A stretch of DNA of 64,000 nt from an uncultured Planctomycetota bacterium (lineage in GTDB: Bacteria; Planctomycetota; Planctomycetia; Isosphaerales; Isosphaeraceae): NCBI GenBank assembly GCA_963823665.1, contig CAWGMQ010000011.1, positions 992,001-1,056,000 of the forward strand. Direction: 5' to 3'. The notes beneath the pieces were generated by a model. That model did not search any database. It was not told where the DNA came from and worked only from the letters and a program-made list of their open reading frames with translations. Of this stretch, positions 22,942 through 33,276 are shown in pieces (positions within the stretch are counted from its first letter, which is position 1; every line of letters starts with the position of its first letter). A program made the translations under genes and the position numbers.

Positions 22942-25285
22942 CTATGTTCCGCTGCGCTCGTACAGTTTTTTGAGGATTTCCTCACTGGTTGCTGGCAAGT
23001 TCAAGCCAACTGGCCCCCTGGCCGCCGTACTGGCAACGGCCTGCCTGGCCGCGGCCCAGACGCTGAGCCCGAGCACAAGCGGCGGTTCACCCACCGCCTT
23101 GCTGCCCAGAAGATTGATCGGGTTCTCTGAATCTTCAAGGAACGCGACTCGAAAATCAGGCGGGATGCATTCGACGGAAGGGATCTTGTACTTGTTTGCC
23201 GAATCCGTGAGCAGCTCGCCGCTTTCGGAGTAGAGCACTTCTTCGGTTGTGGCCCAGCCCATTCCTTGCACAAATCCGCCGATGGTCTGGCCGCGGTCGA
23301 TGGCCGGATTGATCGAGCGGCCAAGGTCGATCAGGATGTCCACCCGCGTGACCGAAAGCTCACCCGTGAATCGGTCGATCACGACTTCGGAAACGGCTGC
23401 TCCGCTCGTGTAGTAAAGGAACGGGGCGCCCCGGCCGGACTGACGGTCGAATTTGATGCCGGGAGTCGCGTAGAATCCTCTGCGCCCAGGTCCACGCGAT
23501 CCGCGTACGCCAGGCGCACGAGTTCGCTGAAAGCGATCCGACGTTCGGGCCGGCGCGTGTCAAACACGCATCCATTATCGAAACTGATCTCCGGGACCGC
23601 CGCGGGCATGGTCGAGTCCGCTGCAAGGTGACGCGCTGCAACTACGGCGAGCCGCTCCTTGAGGACCTCGCAGGCGCGGAGGGCGGCCGTACCGTTCAGA
23701 TCGGTGGAAGCCGAGGCGGCGGTGGGTGAGGTGTTGGAATTCTTCTCAGTCGACGTGGCCGTAACCCGAACCGCCTCGATCGGCAGCGAGAAACTGTCGG
23801 CCACCACTTGGCTGATCTTGGTGAAAAGGCCTTGCCCCATCTCCGTGCCGCCAGTCGAGACCTGGATGGTTCCGTCCAGGTAGATATTGACCAGGGCACT
23901 GGCCTGGTTCAGAACCGAGTGCGTGAACGAGATGCCGAACTTGACCGGCACGAGCGCGATTCCGCGCAGGTGGGTCACGGAGGCCGCATTCCACCGCGCT
24001 GCCGCCTCGCGGCGACTTTCGTAGTCTGATGAGACAACCAGCTCTTCGAACAGCGCGGCAGCGTGTTCCGGGCGACGACCTGGCCATAGGGGGTGACGTC
24101 GCGGCCCACCTCGCCGTAGCAGTTCCTGCGCCGTACATGAAGGGGGTCGATCCCCAGGAAAGCGGCGACGTCTTCGATCACGTTCTCGATCGCCGCGATG
24201 CCCTGCGGCGCGCCGAAGCCGCGCATGGCGGTGTTCGGCGGCAGATTCGTCCGGCAAACTCTGCCGCAGACCGAAAAGTGCGGAATGTAGTACGCGTTGT
24301 CGGCATGGAGCATCGAGCGATCCATCACGGCCAGTGACAGGTCGCAAGCACAGCCTCCGTCGGAGTAGAGCTCGAGCACGAGAGCGTCGATGCGCCCGTC
24401 GGACGAGAATCCGGCCTGATATCGCGCCAGGTAGGGATGCCGTTTGCCTGTGATTCGCATGTCAAGGCTGCGCGGGTAAACGAGGCGGGCAGGCCGGCCC
24501 GTCCGGTGCGCCACCAGTGCAGCGATCACCGCCGGCCCGGCTGCCTGTGATTCCTTGCCGCCGAAAGCCCCGCCCATCCGGGTCGCCATGCAGGTGACCT
24601 GGTTCTGGCGCAGGCCCAGGCAGTGCGCCACGAGCGCCTGGACCTCGCTGGGGTGCTGCGTCGAGGAATAAACCGAGATCGAGCCGTTTTCGCCGGGAAT
24701 GGCCAGCGCCGCCTGCGTTTCGAGGTAAAAGTGCTCCTGAGCGCCGGTGCGCAGGCCGCCCTCGATTCGATGCTCGGCTTGCTCGAGCGCCGTGGCGGCG
24801 TCGCCCCGCGCGATCCGCCGCGGGCCGCACAGAAACTCTCCGGCGTCAATCGCCTGTTCGATCGAGACAATGGCCGGCAAGGGCTCGAGCTCGATCTTCA
24901 CGGCGCTGCGGCCAAGCTTGAGCGCCCTCCGGGTCTCGCCCGCCACTGCAACGATCGGCTGCGCGGAGTAGCGACATTCGCGCGACGCGAGCAGCTCTTC
25001 ATCGTGGACGACCGGGCCGAATTGGTTGTCGCCGGGGACATCGGCCGCGGTGAAGACGGCCGCGATTCCCGGAATGCGAGCCGCCGCCGTGACGTCGAGC
25101 AATGTGATCCGCGCATGGGCAAGCGCGCTCGTCACCAGCTCGACGGCAAGCTCATTGCGGAAGCGCGGCAGGTCGTCGAGATAGCGAATGGTGCCCGTGA
25201 CGCCCGCATGCGAGCCTTCGTGCGGCACTGATCGGCCTACCCACGAATGCGGGGCGAGAAACTGGTCCGCGGCTTTATTCTCCAC
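22942..25285 (-). CDS. xdhB: Xanthine dehydrogenase molybdopterin-binding subunit (about 3 frameshifts)
   Basis: QEHFYLETQ, MGGAFGGKE, AMRGFGAPQG, GGTEMGQGL, SPTAAS, GGFVQGMG, SKAVGEPP spread over frames. Confidence 0.92.
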
Positions 25286-26720
25286 GTGGGGCCTCCTCGG
25301 GCTGGGCGATTCCCGTTTCATGGAAGAATTTGAGCAGAACGTTCTCGGCAAGCTGGAGGCGATACTCGCTCTTGCCGCGCACGTCGGAGATCGGCTCGAC
25401 CTCGGACCGCGCAAGCTCGCCCGCGTGGCGGAAGGTCGACTCGGAGAACGTCTGTCCAACCAGAAAGCTCTCGGTCCGGGGATGCCTGGCGGCGGTCGGG
25501 CCGACTCCCGAAAAAGCGATGGCGGCCGCGTGGATCAGACCGCCGCGCTCTTCGATCCGGATCGCCGCACGAAAGGTTGACGTGTCGATCTCCTTGCGCT
25601 TGGAGATCTTGTAGAGTTTGACGAGCTCATTCGCCCCGGGCAGTGGAATGAGGACCCTGGTGATCAGCTCTTCAGGCGCCAGGCTCGTCTGCCTGGGCCC
25701 TTTGTGGAAGCCGTCGACCTGCACTCGCCGCATGCCACCTGGGCCGGCAAGCTCGAGCTCGGCCTGCATCACCAGCAAAAAGCAGAGCGAATCGGCAACG
25801 GGAGACCCGTAAGCAATGTTGCCCACCAGCGTGCCGGCGTTCCGGATCTGGGGCGAGCCAAAACGCTCTGAGAGCGCGTGAAGCAGCGGAAGCTTGTCGC
25901 GCACGAACTCCTGGAGGTCGGTCCAGGAGACGGTCGCGCCCACGGAAAGAAGCTCGCGTTCTTGTGTGATTTGCCGCAGCTCGCTGATTCGCGATAACGA
26001 GAGGAGGTGCGGCGGCTCGGACCCGCTGCGGTTTCGCGCCAGACCGGTTTCCGTTCCTCCGGCAACGACGAGCGCGCCGGAGTGCTGCGCACGGAATGCG
26101 ATCGCGTCGCCGAGATTGACGGGGGAGAAAAAGACTCGGCCGTCGTGCTCCAGGCGAATTGGTAACGCAGCACGATCGGCTAGCTCCCGGGCCATCTCCT
26201 GCGACGGATAGCGGGATTCGAGCGAGGGAACGCTCGCGTGATCGAGGGCGAGCCCCGCCTCGAGGATGGGTAGATAACCGGTGCAACGGCAGAGATTCCC
26301 GGTGAGACCGGCACGAAGCGCGGTAACGTCAACGGGTCTCTTCGCCTCGAGGAGTCCCTCGAGGGCGGCGACCATTCCCGGCGTGCAATAGCCGCACTGC
26401 AAAGCGTGATGGTCGACCATCGCCTGCTGGACGGGGCTGAGCCCCCCGGCGGGCGTGAGGCCTTCGATGGTGACGACGTGCGTGCCATCGAGCTGATACA
26501 TCGCCTGCAAGCAGCTCGCGATTGCTCGGTAGCGGAGCGAGCCTTCGAAAGGACGCCCCACCAGCACGGTGCACGCCCCGCAGTCGCCCTCTCCACAGCC
26601 GATTTTTGTACCTGGGAGGCTGCATTCCTCGCGCAGGAATTCGACGAGCGTGCGAAATGCGCGACCGCCTTCGACGATCACGCGCTTCCCATTCAAATAG
26701 ATGAGGACGTGATCGGGCAT
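25275..26720 (-). CDS. xdhA: Xanthine dehydrogenase small subunit (2Fe-2S + FAD)
   Basis: GTKIGCGEGDCGACTV, QCGYCTPG, GNLCRCTGY, QIRNAGTLVGN, YKISKR. Confidence 0.94.
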   Translation of the reverse strand: MPDHVLIYLNGKRVIVEGGRAFRTLVEFLREECSLPGTKIGCGEGDCGACTVLVGRPFEGSLRYRAIASCLQAMYQLDGTHVVTIEGLTPAGGLSPVQQAMVDHHALQCGYCTPGMVAALEGLLEAKRPVDVTALRAGLTGNLCRCTGYLPILEAGLALDHASVPSLESRYPSQEMARELADRAALPIRLEHDGRVFFSPVNLGDAIAFRAQHSGALVVAGGTETGLARNRSGSEPPHLLSLSRISELRQITQERELLSVGATVSWTDLQEFVRDKLPLLHALSERFGSPQIRNAGTLVGNIAYGSPVADSLCFLLVMQAELELAGPGGMRRVQVDGFHKGPRQTSLAPEELITRVLIPLPGANELVKLYKISKRKEIDTSTFRAAIRIEERGGLIHAAAIAFSGVGPTAARHPRTESFLVGQTFSESTFRHAGELARSEVEPISDVRGKSEYRLQLAENVLLKFFHETGIAQPEEAPRGE

Positions 26721-26844
26721 GTCCAGTTCGCGGTGAAGAATTGATGAGGATTCTAGCGGTCAGGGAGGGCCTGGGTCAACTGGCGGCGGTTGCCGGTTGC
26801 ACGGCCGGGCGCGGTATAATCGTATGTACGGAGGTGCCACGACC

Positions 26845-27399
26845 ATGACCATCTCTTCGAGAACCCCGGAAGGCGAACCCGCCGTCTGCCCGATCTGTGA
26901 CACCGCGTTCACAGCCGAGCCCTCCTACCCGTGCGGCGATGCGCCCTGTCCGTGCTGCGGGCACCTGATCTGGTTTGACCGGCATACGACTCCTGAGGTG
27001 AGACCGACATTTGAGGTTTTTCCGCCGAGGTGGTCGGTGCGCCCCGCCGCGGCGGTGGCGCGACCGGTTCTTGGCGACGGGCCGCATGTGGGGGAACTCG
27101 GGGCGGCGGGTCGTGGGCGTGCGGTATTCACGAGTCCCACCGAAAACGTTCACTACGCCGCTGGCATTGTGGCCTTTTGCATGGTCGCCGTTGCGCTCGG
27201 CTGGAAGCCATTTGTATCTCATTCGTTCGTCACATTCTGTTTGGATCTGTGCTCGATGGCGGTCGTGGTGGCGTTCATCGTGGTCATCTACGCGCGTCTG
27301 GCGTGGGTCGTAGGCTTGCTCTGGGCGAGGTGCGTGTCCGGAGTGGAGGCTGGAGGATCAAGTTTTGGCGGGGTGTGGGACCGGGATCTGGACGGGTGA
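26845..27399 (+). CDS. Zinc-ribbon membrane protein
   Basis: GGAGGT RBS; SRTPEG...CPIC...DAPCPCCGHLIWF followed by two TM helices. Confidence 0.7.
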   Translation: MTISSRTPEGEPAVCPICDTAFTAEPSYPCGDAPCPCCGHLIWFDRHTTPEVRPTFEVFPPRWSVRPAAAVARPVLGDGPHVGELGAAGRGRAVFTSPTENVHYAAGIVAFCMVAVALGWKPFVSHSFVTFCLDLCSMAVVVAFIVVIYARLAWVVGLLWARCVSGVEAGGSSFGGVWDRDLDG

Positions 27400-27549
27400 T
27401 TCCGGCGTGCGTCGGTTGACCAGCGTGCGCAACAACGAGCGTCTAGCGGCGGAAGTGTATCTGCCATCATAATGGTGGCTCGCCTTTCTAGACGAATCAC
27501 ACGACCAGTCAATCTGCCCTCCCGCCTCAATCGAATCAAGGAGCCGACG

Positions 27550-28197
27550 ATGTTCGAGATGATCTCACGCCGCTCGTTCAGTGCTGCGACCACGGGGCTG
27601 GTGCTGGGATCAGCGGCCGGCAGCGCTGCGGCGGATGACCAGAAGAAGCCGGCGGCTCCCGCAAGTGCGGCTACGGCCCCGCACCCGGTCGAATCGTCGT
27701 TTGATCGCGATTATCCGCCGCCGGGTTTCAAGCCTTCGTGGAAGAACCCGCAGATCAACCGGCTGTTCGTGCAGGACTTCGTCATCTATGCGCACTCGGA
27801 GCTGGATATGGTCAAGAAGCTGCTTGACCGCCAACCGGCCGTGCTCAACGCGGCGGTGGACTGGGGAAACGGAGACTGGGAGACCGGGCTGGGCGGAGCG
27901 TCGCACATGGGGCGGCGCGATATCGTCGAGTATCTGCTCGATCGCGGCGCACGCATCGACATTTTCTGCGCCGCGATGATGGGGCAGCTCGATGCGGTCA
28001 AATCGTTCTTGACGCTGCAGCCCAAGTTGATCGATGCCAAAGGCCCGCATGGGTTCACGCTCCATTTCCACGCACAAGTCGGAGGCAAAGACGCCGAACC
28101 CGTGCTCGACTACCTGCAATCGATCAAACGGATCGAGCTGAAGCCGAATCCGTTTCTCAAGAAAGCGGCGGCGCCTGCGGCGAAGACCGGGAAATGA
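27550..28197 (+). CDS. Tat-exported ankyrin-repeat-like protein
   Basis: SRRSF twin-arginine signal; DWETGLGGASHMGRRDIVEYLLDRGARIDIF. Confidence 0.8.
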   Translation: MFEMISRRSFSAATTGLVLGSAAGSAAADDQKKPAAPASAATAPHPVESSFDRDYPPPGFKPSWKNPQINRLFVQDFVIYAHSELDMVKKLLDRQPAVLNAAVDWGNGDWETGLGGASHMGRRDIVEYLLDRGARIDIFCAAMMGQLDAVKSFLTLQPKLIDAKGPHGFTLHFHAQVGGKDAEPVLDYLQSIKRIELKPNPFLKKAAAPAAKTGK

Positions 28198-28306
28198 AGA
28201 GGTCGCCGTTCTGCCATGTGCGCACTTCGTCGACGCAACGAGCGTAGCGAGGCGCATTCGAGAGAATTGTGGGAGTGAACACGCCGTTTGATGGAGTGGA
28301 ATCGCG

Positions 28307-29314
28307 ATGTCCGGGAAACTCACGACACGCCGGAGGTTGGGGACGGGCGGTCCGCAGGTCTCGTCGATCGGGCTGGGCTGCATGGGGATGAGCGAGTTTT
28401 ATGACCCGTCGAAAATGGACGACGCCGAGTCGATTCGCGTCATTCATCACTATCTCGATTCAGGCGGCAACTTCCTGGACACGGCCGACGTGTACGGAAC
28501 GGGCCGCAACGAGCTGCTCGTGGGCAAGGCCATCGCCGGACGCCGTGATCAGGTGGTTCTGGCCACAAAGTTCGGCAACGTGCGCGGACCGGGCGGAGAA
28601 TTCCTGGGCGTTCGCGGCGATCCGGAATACGTGACAGCCTGCTGCGACGGAAGCCTCAAACGGCTGGGCGTCGATGTGATTGACCTGTATTACCAGCACC
28701 GGGTCGACCCGGCGACACCGGTCGAGGAAACCGTCGGCGCGATGGCAGAGCTGGTGCGCGCGGGGAAAGTGCTGTACCTGGGCCTATCCGAAGCCGCTCC
28801 GGGAACGATCCGGCGCGCGGCGAAGGTGCACGCGATCGCCGCGCTTCAGACCGAGTATTCACTGTGGAGCCGCGAGCCCGAGGACCAGATTCTGGCGACC
28901 GTTCGCGAGCTGGGGATCGCCTTCGTTGCGTACAGCCCTCTGGGTCGCGGGTTCTTGACGGGGGCGTTCCAGAAGCTCGACGACCTGGCTGCAGACGATT
29001 TTCGCCGCAACGCGCCGAGGTTTCAGGGTGAGAACTTCCAGAAGAACGTCGAAGTGGTGCAGAAGGTACGAACGCTCGCCGCGGGCAAAGGCTGCACGCC
29101 GAGTCAGCTTGCCCTGGCGTGGGTCCTGGCGCAGGGAGAGGACATCGTGCCGATTCCCGGTACCAAGCGGATGGCGTATCTTGATGAGAACATGGGCGCA
29201 ATTGACGTGCGCCTGACTGCGGATGAATTGAAGCAGATTACCGCCGTGCTGCCTAAGGGCGTGGTATCGGGCGAGCGCTATCCCGAGCGGGCGATGAGGG
29301 CGGTGAATTTGTAA
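28307..29314 (+). CDS. Aldo/keto reductase
   Basis: [41 protein letters not shown]. Confidence 0.95.
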   Translation: MSGKLTTRRRLGTGGPQVSSIGLGCMGMSEFYDPSKMDDAESIRVIHHYLDSGGNFLDTADVYGTGRNELLVGKAIAGRRDQVVLATKFGNVRGPGGEFLGVRGDPEYVTACCDGSLKRLGVDVIDLYYQHRVDPATPVEETVGAMAELVRAGKVLYLGLSEAAPGTIRRAAKVHAIAALQTEYSLWSREPEDQILATVRELGIAFVAYSPLGRGFLTGAFQKLDDLAADDFRRNAPRFQGENFQKNVEVVQKVRTLAAGKGCTPSQLALAWVLAQGEDIVPIPGTKRMAYLDENMGAIDVRLTADELKQITAVLPKGVVSGERYPERAMRAVNL

Positions 29315-29362
29315 CGTCAGTGTAATGCAGTTGAAGCTGATGGTCGGCAATGATCGCGGACC

Positions 29363-30262
29363 CTACTTGGTGACGGAGACGCTGGGCATGGCTTGGCGAA
29401 AAGGTTCCAGATCCTTGTCGGTGATCGGCGTGCCGGAGAGCCAAACCGTCTTCAGGCTGGGCATCCCCTTCAACTGTTCGAGACCGTGCGCGGTGACCTT
29501 GGAATTCTGAAGGTCGACGAGTGCGAGGTTCTTGAACTCCGTGAAGTGAACGAGACCGGCGTCCGTGACCTCAAAGGTGCCTCGGCCGGTTGCGAGCTGC
29601 TTCAGCGTGTTCTGACCCTTCAGCCGAAGGAAGCCTTTGTCCGAGAAGTGGCCCTCCTGAAGCGAGAGCTCTTCGATCATCGGCAGACTGCTCAGGAGAA
29701 TGAGGCTCTCGTCCGTGATCTTCGACCCGGAAATGTGGACCTTCTTCAAGTTCTTGAGTCCGGCGAGGTGCGCGACGCCGGCGTCCGTGATCGACGTGGC
29801 GTCCCAGAAATAGAGCGATTCCAGTCCAGTCAGCTTTCCGATGTGCTTGAGTCCCTCGTCGGTCGCCTGCGTGGCATGCAGCAAGAGCGTCTTGATGCCG
29901 GGCTGGCTTGCAAGCTGGGCAAAAAGGTCGTCGCACGTCGCGAAGTTCTTGTTCTCGTAGCGTGTCCCGGTCGAATCATCGTAGACCAGGCTCACTTGTT
30001 CGATTTCCTGGAAAAACTCGTCGCCGAGGATGCTCCGGAGCCAACGAGGTGCCCACGGCTCGCTTCCGGGTGTCAATTTGCCGCTGACGAATTCGTAGTC
30101 GTAGTGGACCCATCCGCCGTGGCTCTTCACCGCAGCAACGGCCCTGGCCTGCTGTCGCGCCTTGTTCACACGCCAGCCGAGAAACACCGCGAGGATGAGG
30201 ACGAGAACCATCATGGTCCTGAGACTCATTCGCAGGTATTGTCGCGAGCGGGCGCTCAGCAT
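29363..30262 (-). CDS. Membrane-anchored leucine-rich-repeat protein
   Basis: SLRTMMVLV N-terminal TM; repeated ITDxGLxHLxxLxxL. Confidence 0.88.
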   Translation of the reverse strand: MLSARSRQYLRMSLRTMMVLVLILAVFLGWRVNKARQQARAVAAVKSHGGWVHYDYEFVSGKLTPGSEPWAPRWLRSILGDEFFQEIEQVSLVYDDSTGTRYENKNFATCDDLFAQLASQPGIKTLLLHATQATDEGLKHIGKLTGLESLYFWDATSITDAGVAHLAGLKNLKKVHISGSKITDESLILLSSLPMIEELSLQEGHFSDKGFLRLKGQNTLKQLATGRGTFEVTDAGLVHFTEFKNLALVDLQNSKVTAHGLEQLKGMPSLKTVWLSGTPITDKDLEPFRQAMPSVSVTK

Positions 30263-30429
30263 GACGGCGGCCCTGGATTTGGCGATTCAAGCGATTGCAA
30301 CCTGGCCACGGGTTGGCTGTTCACAAGTGTAATCGAGACCTCGGACGTCGTCACGAGGTATTGCCTTGAGAGCTCGACTATCGAGAAGGGGAAGGCTCGC
30401 CGTCAAGACAATCCGAATGAGGGACTAAA

Positions 30430-30583
30430 TTCGTGGCTTAGTCCGATGATTCTCCCGGAGGATGGAGACCATTTCTGATCATCAAGACTCCGTGAATTCG
30501 TGCCCGGTCCACTGTTCTTCGATCCGACAATACTGGCAGCGGCCGGCGGCGCGGTCGCGCACGTTCGCGCGAATCTTAGCCAT
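30430..30583 (-). pseudogene. Truncated HNH endonuclease
   Basis: MAKIRANVRDRAAGRCQYCRIEEQWTGHEFTES* followed by out-of-frame KWSPSSGRIIGL; HNH core missing. Confidence 0.6.
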
Positions 30584-30986
30584 GAGAGGCGGCGACGCCG
30601 AGTGAACGCATCAACTCAGTCAACGACACACCGCGCAGTTCGGCCAGTTCCGTTAGCGCCTTGAGCCGCTCCACGCCCCGGCGCTCAACCTCATCGACGA
30701 GATCGAGTAGCTCAACTTTCTCCTTCGGGGTCAACGTGCCGTCATCGCGCTTCGCCAAAAGCGACTGAACGCGATCGGTGAGCGCAGCAGGCACGCACTC
30801 GTTGATAACCAGCAGCAGCCGGGTTTCATCGATCGATGCCACTGGCGCAACGCGCTTGGCCTTCAATTCGAGGACACCAGAGGTCAATTGCTCGATTTCC
30901 TCGCGGGACTTGAGCAGATTGGCTCTCGAGAGGATTCTCGCAACGGCTGTCGATTTGGGACTCGGCGAGTGCGTCATGACCAGCAT
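30576..30986 (-). CDS. Hypothetical antitoxin-like protein of the type found upstream of HNH genes
   Basis: ETRLLLVIN...LLAKRDDGTLTPKEKVELLDLVDEVE...RLKALTELAELRGVSL; overlaps the HNH start. Confidence 0.7.
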   Translation of the reverse strand: MLVMTHSPSPKSTAVARILSRANLLKSREEIEQLTSGVLELKAKRVAPVASIDETRLLLVINECVPAALTDRVQSLLAKRDDGTLTPKEKVELLDLVDEVERRGVERLKALTELAELRGVSLTELMRSLGVAASHG

Positions 30987-31226
30987 CGATTCTTCGAGAG
31001 GCGGACGCGAACCAATTGAGCGCTCTAGTTGAATCATCGAGAAATCATGCCTGCCCGTCAAGAAGCTCCGGATCTTGAGGCGGAGGGATTGGCTTTCGGC
31101 GCAGATCAACCGCACAGTTCACGGTCCGCAACAGCGGACCCCTCGCGCCCGCGAGACGGTGGCCAGGCGCGGGCTGAGCGTCGCGGGGCGATGGTCGCGC
31201 GCGAAGCGTGGGAATGAGGCGCTCGA

Positions 31227-32463
31227 TTAATGCTCGATTCTCAGACAGGGCAACGCGCCCTGCAGCTCATCCAGGCCCGCTGGCGATATTTGCGTGTGTG
31301 TTACGCGAAAGCGCCTGAGGCTCGTCAGGGCCTTCAAGTGGATCACGCCCGCATCGGTGATCTGCCAGCCGGTGAGCGTCAACGCCTCGAGCTTGGGTAG
31401 CACCTTCAGGTGCGCCAGACCAGCGTTGGTGATCTGCGCAATCGAGGCTTAACCAGGTGAGGCCGGGCAGCCCACTCAGGTGTTCCAGCCCGGCATCGGT
31501 GATCGCGCATGCCTGAAGGTCGAGAGCCCGGAGGCCATTCATACCTCTCAGACTCGCGAGGCCGTGCCCAGTAACATATGTGCATGAAATATCCAGCTCG
31601 GCCAGCCTTGGCAGGTTTTTGAGATGAACAAGGCCGTTGTCCGTGATGCAGGTGAGGTTCAGTCGTAATACCTGCAAGCTCGCGAGTCGCGCGACGCGTG
31701 CCAATCCCGCATCAGTTACCTTCGTCTCGCTCAGGATCAACTCCTCAAGTCTCGGGAGCGCCTCCAGGTGCGCCAGGCCGGCGTCTATGACACCGGTTTT
31801 GGTCAGATTGAGGGACTTCAGGCTCCTCACGATTCCAAGATGCACCAGACCGGCGTCGGTGATCCTGCACAGTGAGAGGTTGAGATCCTCGAGGGCACTC
31901 AGCGTGTTCAGATGCGCCAAACCGGAGTCGGTCAAGTCGGTGCAGGTGAGGTCCAAACGCATGAGACTTTGCATCCCTTTCAGATGGACAAGCCCATCCT
32001 GGACACGCGGGCCAAATAAGACCAACTCGTCGACGCTTGACAAACGCCGAATTTCCGCGAGCGGCGCATCGGAATCACCGAGACCATAGCAGGTCACCTT
32101 GCTCACGTGGTCGAAGTAGTCGACTCCCAGTCGATCGACGAGCCAATCGGGCGCCCAGATGGCGAGTATCGTTCTGCCCCGGCGGTCCTCTCGCTCGCGG
32201 TTGTAATGCACGTGGTTTGTTATGGCGTTCCTCCTGATCGCCGCGACCGCATCGCGCTGAATGCGCGCGCTGCGCACGAGCCAGCCAAGGCCCGCGCCGA
32301 TCACGAGGACGATCAAGGTCAGTCCCCGCAGACTCACTTGCAGGGAAACACACGAGCGCCGTGATTCGGGTCTGTTTTCAGAGATGGGAAATCGGCGCCT
32401 CCTCCTGCACGCGTAGTGCTCCCGTTTCGACGGATCCGCTCGCGATCCGGTCTGCAATAGCAA
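31227..32463 (-). CDS. Membrane-anchored leucine-rich-repeat protein (frameshift ~31435; start uncertain)
   Basis: SLRGLTLIVLVIGAGLGW; tandem LRRs continue in the shifted frame to TAA at 31227. Confidence 0.85.
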
Positions 32464-32570
32464 AGCCTACTGAGTCACGAATTGGCCCGCAACGCCAGAA
32501 TGTATACAAGAATCGGTTCGTGGAGTCGGACCTTCCTCGACCGCGGCGACAGTAGTGGCAGCGGCTCTTT

Positions 32571-33092
32571 CTACTTGCCGTCGATTCGAAAGTAATGCAG
32601 CCAGGAGATGTGGGTTTCCTTCTCTTCGCGAGCCCGGGTGATCACCAGCGTCGTCGATGCGTTGGCCCTGTTCACCACGATGACCCTTAGCTTCACCGGC
32701 CGGTCTTCCGAGTCGTCCTGGCTCGCGACGGATTTGCCGTCGGTTTCCGGCACGCCGCCGTGCGGTTCCCTGTCGGCTCGGGATTCGAGGTTATCCTGCG
32801 CGTAATACGTCGTCACCTTTTCGAACGGATCCGTGGTCGTGAGCGTCGCCTTGCACTTGACCGACTGCAGGAGTGGGTTTCCGCCGTCGCTCATGCTGGC
32901 GCCGCCGAGCATGCGCGAACCGGGGTATTTCCACTGCTCGAGGGTCTCCAGGAGGCTCATTGGTCGTTCCGGCTTCTTGTCCTGGGCCGCTGTCAGGGCT
33001 GCGGTGGCCAGCGCGAGGACTGTCGCGACTGACAGGGCGAGAACGGGCCAGGACAACCGACGTCGAGAGAGTCGTGAGGGATCTCCGCGCAT
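32571..33092 (-). CDS. Exported hypothetical protein
   Basis: GGAGG RBS, signal peptide, WKYPG...MSDGGNP. Confidence 0.72.
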   Translation of the reverse strand: MRGDPSRLSRRRLSWPVLALSVATVLALATAALTAAQDKKPERPMSLLETLEQWKYPGSRMLGGASMSDGGNPLLQSVKCKATLTTTDPFEKVTTYYAQDNLESRADREPHGGVPETDGKSVASQDDSEDRPVKLRVIVVNRANASTTLVITRAREEKETHISWLHYFRIDGK

Positions 33093-33276
33093 GAGAGGAC
33101 CTCCGTGGGAGAATTGGCGGGAAAACCGATGATCGGCTATCGTACTGCATGATAGACGAACGAAGACTGCGTTTCTTAGATTCGGTCGCCCACATGGACG
33201 AGCCGGCCACGACAACCACTGATACTGTGCTGGTTGGAGCCTTATCGCGATTTGTCAACTGTGAACGGAGATCGTG

